From Nannocystales bacterium (GTDB lineage Bacteria > Myxococcota_A > Polyangia > Nannocystales > Nannocystaceae): a DNA stretch of 64,000 bases. The position numbers and the translations under genes were made by a program. The stretch spans positions 96,001 to 160,000 of the forward strand of contig JBOEGF010000013.1 in assembly GCA_050633305.1 (NCBI GenBank). Reading direction: 5' to 3'. Under the pieces are notes generated by a model. That model was not told where the DNA came from. It saw nothing but the letters and a program-made list of their open reading frames with translations, and did not search any database. This document shows positions 19,013-27,540 of the stretch, one piece after another. The first letter of the stretch is position 1. Each line of letters begins with the position of its first letter.

Positions 19013-20368
19013 CTATCCCGGGATCCGGGTGACGCCAGCCTCAACGAGTCCATCGTAGGTCTCGTTGTCAACCAGACCCAGCCAAGGATCAGAGGCTGGC
19101 GTCAGGAACAGCTCGCGATAGACCCGCTCGTTGAACACCTCGAGCGAGCGGTCCGTCTGGTCGTCGGCCAACCACCCATGAAGCGAGAGCCGGAGGTCAT
19201 ACTCGTTCTTGAGTTCGTCCGTGATGATGCTCGACTGAAACCGGCGCATCATCGCGAGGATGCGCGCCTCGTGGTCCGACTCCGACTCGCCTGGCCTCCG
19301 TGGTCTGTCACGGCGTATCAACGCCAGTGTCGGTTCCGACAGCGACACGGTCAGCGTTCCGGTTCCTGTGAGTTCGGCCAGCATCCGGTCGAGGTTTCGC
19401 TCGTTCGGGGGGGGCGGCGTCTCACGAACACCCAACGCGCGCAGTGTCGGCGCTTCGATCATCGCCTTCGAGGCGGTCGTCCGTTGGGCGTCCAGAGCCC
19501 CGACACTCGCCGATGCAAGTCTCGGCTTCGGCCCCAGCACGAACCGGTCGAGTGAGTTGGACAGGAGTGCGGGCTCCGCCGACATCGCATAGTCCTTCCA
19601 CCACCGGGCGAGCTCGACCTGCGCTTGTGCCTGAGCGCGGCCATGATGCGCTCGTACCAGGTCCCCCCCCTCCGCGCCCTGCTCCCCCACCTGCTGGGCC
19701 AAGGTCCGCATCTCCTCCAACACTCGCTTGAATCCACCGGGCGTGTAGAGCCCCGGCGCCGCATCGAGAACCATGCGCTCCGCGTCGAGCAGGTAGTGGA
19801 TGCTGTTGCCCGTGGTCGTCGTCTTGATCGACCGGCCGTCGCCGAACGTGATCTCAACCACCGGCACATCGCGCTCGCTCGACCAATGCAGGACAAAGTT
19901 CTCCCGCAGCACCCCCGACACTTCGGGGTCGGCGTACAGCGTGGTCCGGAAGAAGCGGGAGTTCGCGCAACTGAGTTCGTCACGCAGATCGCCCAGCATG
20001 CGTAGCGACAGAATCGGAAGCCGGCGACGCTCGGCCTCGGCCTTCGCGCGTGCCAGGTCCGTCTCCCAAAACAGCCGCGCCTTGGACGTGTCACGAGCTC
20101 CGCCCACCTCGTCGACGAAGTTCTCCCACCCTTGCGGGTCTTCGGAGCGGTCCGCCGCGTCGTAGAGGTCGAGCGCACGTCGCAGTCCCTGGTGTCCCTC
20201 GACGCGCAGGGCGAGTGCATCGGCGGAACTCGGGGCCTCGGTAGCGAGCCCCAGGGCCGCAATCGCGCTCGAATCCGCCGAAGCCGCCCCCTCGGTGCCG
20301 CTCGGCCCACACCCGAAACTGCACCCAGCCAACGCCACCAGCACCCACACGCGTGTTCGAGTCACCAT
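19013..20368 (-). CDS. Exported thioredoxin-like-fold protein of unknown function
   Basis: Signal/lipobox LAGC; LFWETDLARAKAEA..PILSLRMLGDLRDELSCANSRFFR..FVLHW. Confidence 0.75.
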   Translation of the reverse strand: MVTRTRVWVLVALAGCSFGCGPSGTEGAASADSSAIAALGLATEAPSSADALALRVEGHQGLRRALDLYDAADRSEDPQGWENFVDEVGGARDTSKARLFWETDLARAKAEAERRRLPILSLRMLGDLRDELSCANSRFFRTTLYADPEVSGVLRENFVLHWSSERDVPVVEITFGDGRSIKTTTTGNSIHYLLDAERMVLDAAPGLYTPGGFKRVLEEMRTLAQQVGEQGAEGGDLVRAHHGRAQAQAQVELARWWKDYAMSAEPALLSNSLDRFVLGPKPRLASASVGALDAQRTTASKAMIEAPTLRALGVRETPPPPNERNLDRMLAELTGTGTLTVSLSEPTLALIRRDRPRRPGESESDHEARILAMMRRFQSSIITDELKNEYDLRLSLHGWLADDQTDRSLEVFNERVYRELFLTPASDPWLGLVDNETYDGLVEAGVTRIPG

Positions 20369-20492
20369 CCTCCTTCAGCATGGGCCCACGAGAAGAGGCG
20401 GTTGTCACCGGTTTGTATCGACGGCTCCCCGCGCCCATCCATCGATCGGACGATTCCTTGCAACGCTCTGCTACAGGCTCCGTCCCGTCCGT

Positions 20493-23400
20493 ATGCGTGC
20501 GGCTTGGTTGCTGGCCCTGAGTTGTGTCATCTCGTGCAACTACGGAACGACCAAGGTCGCCAAAGATGACCCCGGCGTGACCCAGGCGCGCGGTCCGGTT
20601 GCGTGTGAGGGCGAGCAGCTGCTCACCGGAACGCGTCTGGGCACCGCGAAGTTCCGGCCAGGGTCGGTGGATACCCTTCAGTACTCCTCCGACGGCTCGG
20701 TGCTCATGAGCGTCGGCGGCTCCCATGCAATCCTCTGGGATTCGCAGACGGGTCGTCGCAGGAAGGAGTTCGAGGCGTGGTCCGGCAAGGCGAGCTTGTC
20801 CGCCGATGGCCGCCGCCTGGCGCGGGTCGAGTTCGGGCTGCTCGAATCAGGCGTGCGTATCGAGTCCCTCGACTCCGGCAAAACGCTCCGAACCTGGGAA
20901 GACGACTCCAGCGACATCGACCACCTCGTGCTGGGACCCAAGGGCGATCTCTTGGCGATCGCCAACGGCCCCTCCGTCGAGGTCAGGACCGTGGGTCAGG
21001 ACGGCCCGGCGCATCCTCTCGGCACACTCGAGGACGAGGTACGAAGCCTCGCGTTCGCGCCAGCAGGCGCGCTCCGCCTGGCGGCCGGAGGCGCAAAGGG
21101 GCAGCTTCGGATGTGGGATGTCGCGACTGGGTCACACCTCGACCTCAACACACAAGATTCCGCGACCGTGATGGCCCTGAGCTTCTCGGCAGATGGAAAC
21201 ACCCTCGCCGCCGTGGACAGCGACGGCGTTGTCCGGTTGTACAGCTCTGGAAGCGAAACCCCTGTGCACGTGTTTTCCGCTCGGGTTCCAGGCGAGCCCG
21301 CGGAGCTCAGGAAAGTAGCCGTCACCAACGACGGAGCTCGTGTGATCGTCGGCAGCTGGAGCGGGGTCTACTCTCTGTGGAACCCGGATGCATCCGGCGA
21401 AGGTGCGGTACTCGTGTCGGTGCTCACCGAGGGCCTGATCGCATCAGGAGCCGCCGCCTTCACCCCCGATGGCAAGACGGCGACCGCCGCCGCTCATGCC
21501 GGGGCGATCCGTTTCTGGGACGCGGAAACCGGAGACGAGCGACCACAGCCCGAGGCCGGAAACCTCGCCGACGTCGGTGAGGCGATCTGGCTGACGGAAC
21601 ACCGTGCCGTGACCGCGGCCGGTGGCCGGGCCGCCAACGTGTGGGACCTACGATGCGGCAAGATCGAGTCGACCCTTGGCGGCCACGCCCGTCGCGTCGC
21701 CCACATCGCGGCGACCCGAGACTCCACTCTCATCGCGACCGCCGACGAGGCAGGGAGCGTGCGGGTCTGGGATGGAGCGTCCCTGAAGCTGCGGCACGAA
21801 GATACGGCCCAGGCCGACGGTGCGGCGGTCCTTGCCCTCTCCGATGATGGTCGACGCCTGGCTGTTGCTCGGCGCTCAGGACTCGTCGTCCAGGATGCTG
21901 GGACGTTTGAGGAGGTCTGGCGGGAACCCCAGTCGTTCAGCGATGACACGATCAGCGCCATCGCAGCCTCTCCCGACGGCACTCTGTTGCTGACGGGCGA
22001 CACGATGGGCACGGTGCGTTGGCTCGACATGAGCAACGGGTCTTCGTTGGCGAGCCGCGAGGATGACTACGCCTCCACCATCCGTTCCATCCGGTTCTCC
22101 CCCGACGGCAAGCGCGTCGCGACGACAGCCTCGGACAAGGTTCGCATCTACGACGCCATCACCGGCCAGCCCATCATGACGTTCGGTGCGCCTGGCTGGT
22201 CCGTCTCCAACGCGGCGTGGTTCTCTGACAACACACGCCTGGCCTTCGGTGACTCGGACGGCCACCTGTGGGTCGTGCACACAACGGGCGGCCGAGTGCT
22301 CCGCTCCGCGTACGACGAGTCGCTCGACATCAGCGCGCTCGCCCTTCGCTCCGACGACCACGCGCTTCTCACGGGACACGACGACAGCTCCATGCGCGTG
22401 TGGGTGACCGCCGAGCTCGGCACGGCCAACGAAAGCGAGCTCGAGATCGAGCGTAGTCCGTCGGTGGATGCGGTCCCCTTGCTCAGTGGGTCCGCCAAGA
22501 GCTGCCCCACGGTGGACGGGGATCCTGGCAAAACGCTCCCGCCGTGCGCCGTCGCAAAACTCGCGTCCTCAGACTTCTTGCTCGGCGACGGAGCTGGCGA
22601 GGACAGCCAGCTCGCCCTGTCCAACGACGGGGCCTTGCTCGCAACCCCAGCCGGCGAGCAGCTCCACGTGGTCGAGGTGAGCACGGGGAAGGTTGTGAGC
22701 CGGATGAGCTGCTGTGAGTACGGGGCGGCGTCGGCGGTTGTTTTCTCTCCTGACGCTTCGACGATCGCGCTCACACCTCCATTGGGCAACACCCAGACCT
22801 GGACCGTCGAACGGGGGCGAAAGTCCAACGAATGGCGCTTTCGCGCCAACTCCCTGGCGGCCGCCCCTGACGGAGAAACCTGGGCTGCAGTTTCGACCGA
22901 CGGCGCCCTTCACCTTGTCGACATCGAAGGCAAGATCGTACGGTCCCTGGCCACCGAGGGATTCCGGGAGAACACGACCCTCACCTTCTCGGCCGACTCG
23001 AGCCTCCTCCTCAGCGCGGACCGATGGAGTGTCCTCGTTTGGGATACGAAGACCGGCAGCCCCGCCAAGACCGAGTTCGACACCTACGAGCTCCTCGGGG
23101 ACTCCGACGCCATCTGGTGGGCGGGACTGGACGCAAAGAACAACCCCATCATCAACGCATCCGGAAAGCAGCACATCGGCAAGGCTGAGGGAAAGTGGTC
23201 CTCGACTCCATTCCCGTTGCAGCCACAAGAGACGGACGACGTCCGTGGGTACAGCTGCGCTGACGACGGCCGGGTGTGCGTCATGGCGACCGACCGAGGG
23301 CTGGAGGTCAGCCACCGCGGCCGCGGAAAGTCTCTGCTCATCTCCGGCGAGGTCGAGCACGTCTCGTTGCTACGCACTGGCTCCAAACTCGCCGTCTCTG

Positions 23401-24281
23401 ACGGCCAGTCCGCCGCGGTCTGGGACCTCGCGACAAGACGCCGGCTCACTCCTGCTCCGCTTCCCACAACGCGGGGGCTGGCCATGGACGATGAAGGAAC
23501 GCTCGTGACCCTCCACGACGAATCGACCCGGGTCTGGAAGCCAGGCGTCCACGCACCCGCGAGGTCGATCAAGCATCCCTTCCAAGACCTGTGGTTCGCT
23601 CGTTCGGCCGGTGGCGCTGCAGCGCTGCACGAGGATGGCTTGGTCCGTCTCGTGCTCGATTCGGCCAAGAGAACCGTGCTCCGTCCGGGGTCGTTCTCAA
23701 ACCTCGCACTCTCCGCAGACCGCACTCGCGCGGCTCTCCTCAGCTACGGGGACGAGACGGAGCTGCAGGTCGTCGACGCCGAGACCGGGGAGCTTGCCTG
23801 GCAACGCACCGTCCCCGACGCAACCGCCCTCGCCCTCTCGAGTGACGGCAGCAAGGTCGCGATCGGGCTGGACGAGACGATCGAAGTCCATTCGGCCACA
23901 AGCCGCGTGGCGACGATGAACGTCGAACACAGCGTCTACAAACTCGCCTTCTCCCCCAACGATGCGACCGTCGTTGCGGTTGGCGGCAGCCACATCGATG
24001 TCTATGCCGCCAACGACGGCCACGAGGTCGCCAGCTTCGCAGACGGCCTCGAGGTCAGTACGTTCGCGTTCGTCGGCGACAACGACACGATCATCACAGG
24101 CGGCGACGACCATCTTGTCCGCCTCTTCGACGTGACCCGGAAGCGCCAGCTCGGCGTGCTTCGTGGCCACGAAGCGCCTGTCTTCGATGTCGCGGCGAAC
24201 GGCGGTCCCACACGCGTGGTCACACTCGACGAGCGCGGAGCGATGTTCGAGTGGAACGTGACACCGCTGCTCGCCGAATGA
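20493..24281 (+). CDS. Large WD40-repeat (multi-propeller) exported protein
   Basis: Cys-containing signal; many GH..V..LAFSPDG..LA..G.VR.WD repeats over about 1260 aa. Confidence 0.88.
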   Translation: MRAAWLLALSCVISCNYGTTKVAKDDPGVTQARGPVACEGEQLLTGTRLGTAKFRPGSVDTLQYSSDGSVLMSVGGSHAILWDSQTGRRRKEFEAWSGKASLSADGRRLARVEFGLLESGVRIESLDSGKTLRTWEDDSSDIDHLVLGPKGDLLAIANGPSVEVRTVGQDGPAHPLGTLEDEVRSLAFAPAGALRLAAGGAKGQLRMWDVATGSHLDLNTQDSATVMALSFSADGNTLAAVDSDGVVRLYSSGSETPVHVFSARVPGEPAELRKVAVTNDGARVIVGSWSGVYSLWNPDASGEGAVLVSVLTEGLIASGAAAFTPDGKTATAAAHAGAIRFWDAETGDERPQPEAGNLADVGEAIWLTEHRAVTAAGGRAANVWDLRCGKIESTLGGHARRVAHIAATRDSTLIATADEAGSVRVWDGASLKLRHEDTAQADGAAVLALSDDGRRLAVARRSGLVVQDAGTFEEVWREPQSFSDDTISAIAASPDGTLLLTGDTMGTVRWLDMSNGSSLASREDDYASTIRSIRFSPDGKRVATTASDKVRIYDAITGQPIMTFGAPGWSVSNAAWFSDNTRLAFGDSDGHLWVVHTTGGRVLRSAYDESLDISALALRSDDHALLTGHDDSSMRVWVTAELGTANESELEIERSPSVDAVPLLSGSAKSCPTVDGDPGKTLPPCAVAKLASSDFLLGDGAGEDSQLALSNDGALLATPAGEQLHVVEVSTGKVVSRMSCCEYGAASAVVFSPDASTIALTPPLGNTQTWTVERGRKSNEWRFRANSLAAAPDGETWAAVSTDGALHLVDIEGKIVRSLATEGFRENTTLTFSADSSLLLSADRWSVLVWDTKTGSPAKTEFDTYELLGDSDAIWWAGLDAKNNPIINASGKQHIGKAEGKWSSTPFPLQPQETDDVRGYSCADDGRVCVMATDRGLEVSHRGRGKSLLISGEVEHVSLLRTGSKLAVSDGQSAAVWDLATRRRLTPAPLPTTRGLAMDDEGTLVTLHDESTRVWKPGVHAPARSIKHPFQDLWFARSAGGAAALHEDGLVRLVLDSAKRTVLRPGSFSNLALSADRTRAALLSYGDETELQVVDAETGELAWQRTVPDATALALSSDGSKVAIGLDETIEVHSATSRVATMNVEHSVYKLAFSPNDATVVAVGGSHIDVYAANDGHEVASFADGLEVSTFAFVGDNDTIITGGDDHLVRLFDVTRKRQLGVLRGHEAPVFDVAANGGPTRVVTLDERGAMFEWNVTPLLAE

Positions 24282-24291
24282 CCCAGCCGAC

Positions 24292-26724
24292 TCACCGCGA
24301 GGTGGGCTCGGCGGGGAACAGACCCGTGGTGTCCTCCACCGTGGTGTACTCGATGTTCGACACCCGGATGACGCCTGAGGATTGGGTCTTACGCTCGATC
24401 GTATGTGGAAGCCGGAGCCCGAGCGCGCCGCGGTAGTCCGAGAGGGTCTCGGTGGTGGGGATGTTGCCCGGACCGGACCACAGCGCTTCGTAGCGCGTCT
24501 CGAGGATGTCCCCGGTCTTCAGGTCGAGCGTTGCCTTCAAGGAGGGAAGCTCGCCCTTGGTCAGCACGACCTTCGCGGTTTTCCGGCCGTCATCAGTCGA
24601 AACGCCTTCGACCGAGACATCATCGAACACCGCGCTCAGACCGCGCCCGTACAAGAGCGGGCTCAGCAGCTGCATCTGCTCGAGGCGCTCTCCCAGCAGG
24701 TCGTCGCGGGGACCAAACGAGGACACATCCCACCCGCTCTTGGGGCCCACCAGCGACTCACTCCACCCGAACTTGCCCAGGTCGAGCTTCGAGTACAGCC
24801 GGCCGTCCGCCGCTGCCCAGATCGTCACCGTTCCCGAAACGCCCGCTTGAACGAAACGAATGGTCCCGGTCACCTTCACAACACCAAGCTTTCCGAAGGC
24901 CCGCTCGGCCCGCTTGGCCTTGCGCAGCTTTCCCAACGTCGCCGCGGTTGGACCGGGGCCAGCCGGTTTCGCAGCCTTGACCCGAACCAGGTCAAAGGTC
25001 TTGCCGCCCTGGTGCATCACGACTTTCTTGGGGGCGTCCTTGGGCGAGAACTCGACCGCGATGTCCTTCTTCACCCGAAACCGCCACATCCCCTCCTCAT
25101 CGGGAGGGAACAGCTCGTAGACCATCTGCTTCGGCACGTCGATCGCCAGGCGGTTGTTCCGAACCAGCACCTTCGCGCGACCCAAGACCGAGCTCTCGTA
25201 CTCGCCGATCAACGGCTCGAGCGATGTGAGTGGCACCTCGGGTGCGGGGGTGTAGCCCTCGCGAAACAGCTCGAAGTCGAAGCCGCCTTGGAACATGTGC
25301 ATCGAGTTCACCTTGCCGCCATCCCGGTCGAAGCGAACCGCGACGGCATCGGTCAGGACGAAGGAACGCTTCCCGTCCTCTCCGGGCGGCTTGAGTTCGT
25401 AGTTCTGCTGTCCTGGCACGTCGACGAACAACACCCCGTCCTTGGTCGTGACGGAGAAGTTCTTCCCCGCAAACGGGCCGAACCCCGCGACGAACTCGCC
25501 CTCAAACGCGGAGATGTCTTCTTCCGCCGCCTCGGACCCATCATCGTTGGCGGCGAGCAGTGCGTCGTAGGTGATCCCGCGAACCGCGTCCTGCATCCCG
25601 CTGAAAGACACGTTCGACAACATCACGACGCCGAGACGTTCCTCGGGCAAGAAGCTGACCATCGCCGAGTAGCCGTCGATATTGCCCCCGTGGTGCAGCA
25701 TCGTTTGCCCGTCGTACTCGTCGACAAACCACCCGAGGCCGTACTTCATCTTCCCGGCCACGTCGATCTGCGGCTTCCACGTCTCCTTGAGCGTCTCGGA
25801 CTTGATCAGCCGCTGCCCGCGATACACACCGCGGTTGATCTGAAAACGAAGCCACGCCGTCATGTCGAGCACGGTCGAGTTGATCGCCCCCGCCGGCGCG
25901 ATTTCGTCGAGAGAACGCATCGGCAGCGCGTCGAAGGACGACTTGTCCCCGTCCCACTTGTAGCCCTGCGCCATGCCCAAGCTCTTCGCCTCCTCGCTGA
26001 GGACCACACTGTTGCGCATCCCCAGCGGCTCGAGGAGGTTGCGCGTCACAAGCTCGGCCCACAGGACGCCTTCGACCCGCGCACTCGCCTCCCCAGCGGC
26101 CGTGTACGTCACGTTGTTGTACAGGAACCGATTTCGGAACGACGCGAGCGGCTCCGCCTGTGAAGCCTGGGCAAGAAACTCTTTTCGCGGAACCTCGCCC
26201 GACGCCCACAGCACCCCCATTCGGGTGAACCCGGTGCGGTGGCACAGCGCATCGCGAATCGTCGCCTGCGCCACGTCGTCGTCGGACTTCACATCGAGCA
26301 CAAACTCGGGAACGTGTTTGGTGAGCGCGTCGTCCCAGCTCATCTTGCCTTCGTCGACGAGCTGCCCGATCACGGTCGCTGTGAACGCCTTGGTCGACGA
26401 GCCGATGGCAAAACGGGTTCGGGGCGTGACCGCCTCTTTCTTCTCGAGATCGGAGAAGCCAAACCCTCGGGCATAGATGACGCTGTCCTCGTAGACGACG
26501 GCGACGGCCATCCCCGGCACGTGGAACTTCTCGAGCCCCGCCTCGAGCTCCGTCGTGAGCGTGTCGAAGCGCTCCGAGAACCGCTCTCGGGGCTGCACCT
26601 CCGGCTCGCCTGGTGCAACGGGCTCGACCGTCGGGGCGGTGGAGGCAGGTGTGGTTGGCTTCGCGCATGCCACCGCGAGCGTGATCAGGGCGAGCCAGTG
26701 CGAGCGCCGTCGGGTCGTTCCCAT
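24292..26724 (-). CDS. Beta-lactamase-family serine hydrolase lipoprotein with tandem DUF3471-like repeats and an extra C-terminal domain
   Basis: Lipobox AVAC; GSSTK (SxxK), LCHRTG, YNN (YxN), PAGAINST, HGG. Confidence 0.9.
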   Translation of the reverse strand: MGTTRRRSHWLALITLAVACAKPTTPASTAPTVEPVAPGEPEVQPRERFSERFDTLTTELEAGLEKFHVPGMAVAVVYEDSVIYARGFGFSDLEKKEAVTPRTRFAIGSSTKAFTATVIGQLVDEGKMSWDDALTKHVPEFVLDVKSDDDVAQATIRDALCHRTGFTRMGVLWASGEVPRKEFLAQASQAEPLASFRNRFLYNNVTYTAAGEASARVEGVLWAELVTRNLLEPLGMRNSVVLSEEAKSLGMAQGYKWDGDKSSFDALPMRSLDEIAPAGAINSTVLDMTAWLRFQINRGVYRGQRLIKSETLKETWKPQIDVAGKMKYGLGWFVDEYDGQTMLHHGGNIDGYSAMVSFLPEERLGVVMLSNVSFSGMQDAVRGITYDALLAANDDGSEAAEEDISAFEGEFVAGFGPFAGKNFSVTTKDGVLFVDVPGQQNYELKPPGEDGKRSFVLTDAVAVRFDRDGGKVNSMHMFQGGFDFELFREGYTPAPEVPLTSLEPLIGEYESSVLGRAKVLVRNNRLAIDVPKQMVYELFPPDEEGMWRFRVKKDIAVEFSPKDAPKKVVMHQGGKTFDLVRVKAAKPAGPGPTAATLGKLRKAKRAERAFGKLGVVKVTGTIRFVQAGVSGTVTIWAAADGRLYSKLDLGKFGWSESLVGPKSGWDVSSFGPRDDLLGERLEQMQLLSPLLYGRGLSAVFDDVSVEGVSTDDGRKTAKVVLTKGELPSLKATLDLKTGDILETRYEALWSGPGNIPTTETLSDYRGALGLRLPHTIERKTQSSGVIRVSNIEYTTVEDTTGLFPAEPTSR

Positions 26725-26867
26725 GCGGTCGAGAATGTAGCAAGACCCCGCCAACGGGCGGTCACGGTCCGCAGCGAGCCGAAAACCGCCTGCGGCGCAT
26801 ATGTGCGCCCCATTCCCACCTATCGAAACCGAGCCACGATCCGATACACTTGTGTGGCGACGCACGC

Positions 26868-27359
26868 ATGACAGGAGGAGTTACAGCCCGCACACGGTTC
26901 AGGTCCAAAATGGGCCTGCTCGGCGTGGTCGCTGCGATCTCCACGGTTTCGACGGCCAGTACCGCCCGCGCCGCCGACCCCGAGCCCATCGAGCTCCGCC
27001 AGGTCGCCCGAACCCTCCCCACGCCAGACTTCACGCCAAGCGCTGCCGTCGGGCTCCGGTGGGACCGGGACACCGAGTGGACTGTCCTCGCGCTCACCGA
27101 CCCCTGGGACCTGCGTGGCGAGGACACCTTGCTGTCGGCCGGACCCCTCGCTGGTCTCGCGCGGATGGACGTTCGAGAGAACACCTGGCAAGCAACACCG
27201 TACGCCGCGACGACGGTGGCCTCGGCGTTCGCAGCCTTGGCAACCCGCGGCATTCCGGTGTTCGCGGAGATGCGGGACTTCAAGACGATTCGGACGCACC
27301 GACTCGGCTGCTACTTCAAGGGTCGCGGCGGCGGCTTGGTCTGGCGACTCGAGTTCTAG
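26868..27359 (+). CDS. Hypothetical secreted protein ending in a beta-signal-like motif
   Basis: Signal peptide ending ARA; C-terminus GGGLVWRLEF. Confidence 0.6.
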   Translation: MTGGVTARTRFRSKMGLLGVVAAISTVSTASTARAADPEPIELRQVARTLPTPDFTPSAAVGLRWDRDTEWTVLALTDPWDLRGEDTLLSAGPLAGLARMDVRENTWQATPYAATTVASAFAALATRGIPVFAEMRDFKTIRTHRLGCYFKGRGGGLVWRLEF

Positions 27360-27540
27360 CAGCGCCACCACCTCCGTCGATATCGGCTGCGCCTATCGGC
27401 GCCATAGCGTGTCCACATCAACACGCAGCTGGCTTGTCATCGACGTGCCGCGGCCAACCGCGTAACAATCAACAGCGTCACCCGGTTTTCCCGCCACCTG
27501 AACCTCAGGGGCGCGCGACCGAGGCGACGAGGGATCATCG

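Noticed and set aside
19960..19980. Selenocysteine recoding in the SelN-like motif
   Set aside because: The codons read AGT TGC GCG AAC, with no in-frame TGA
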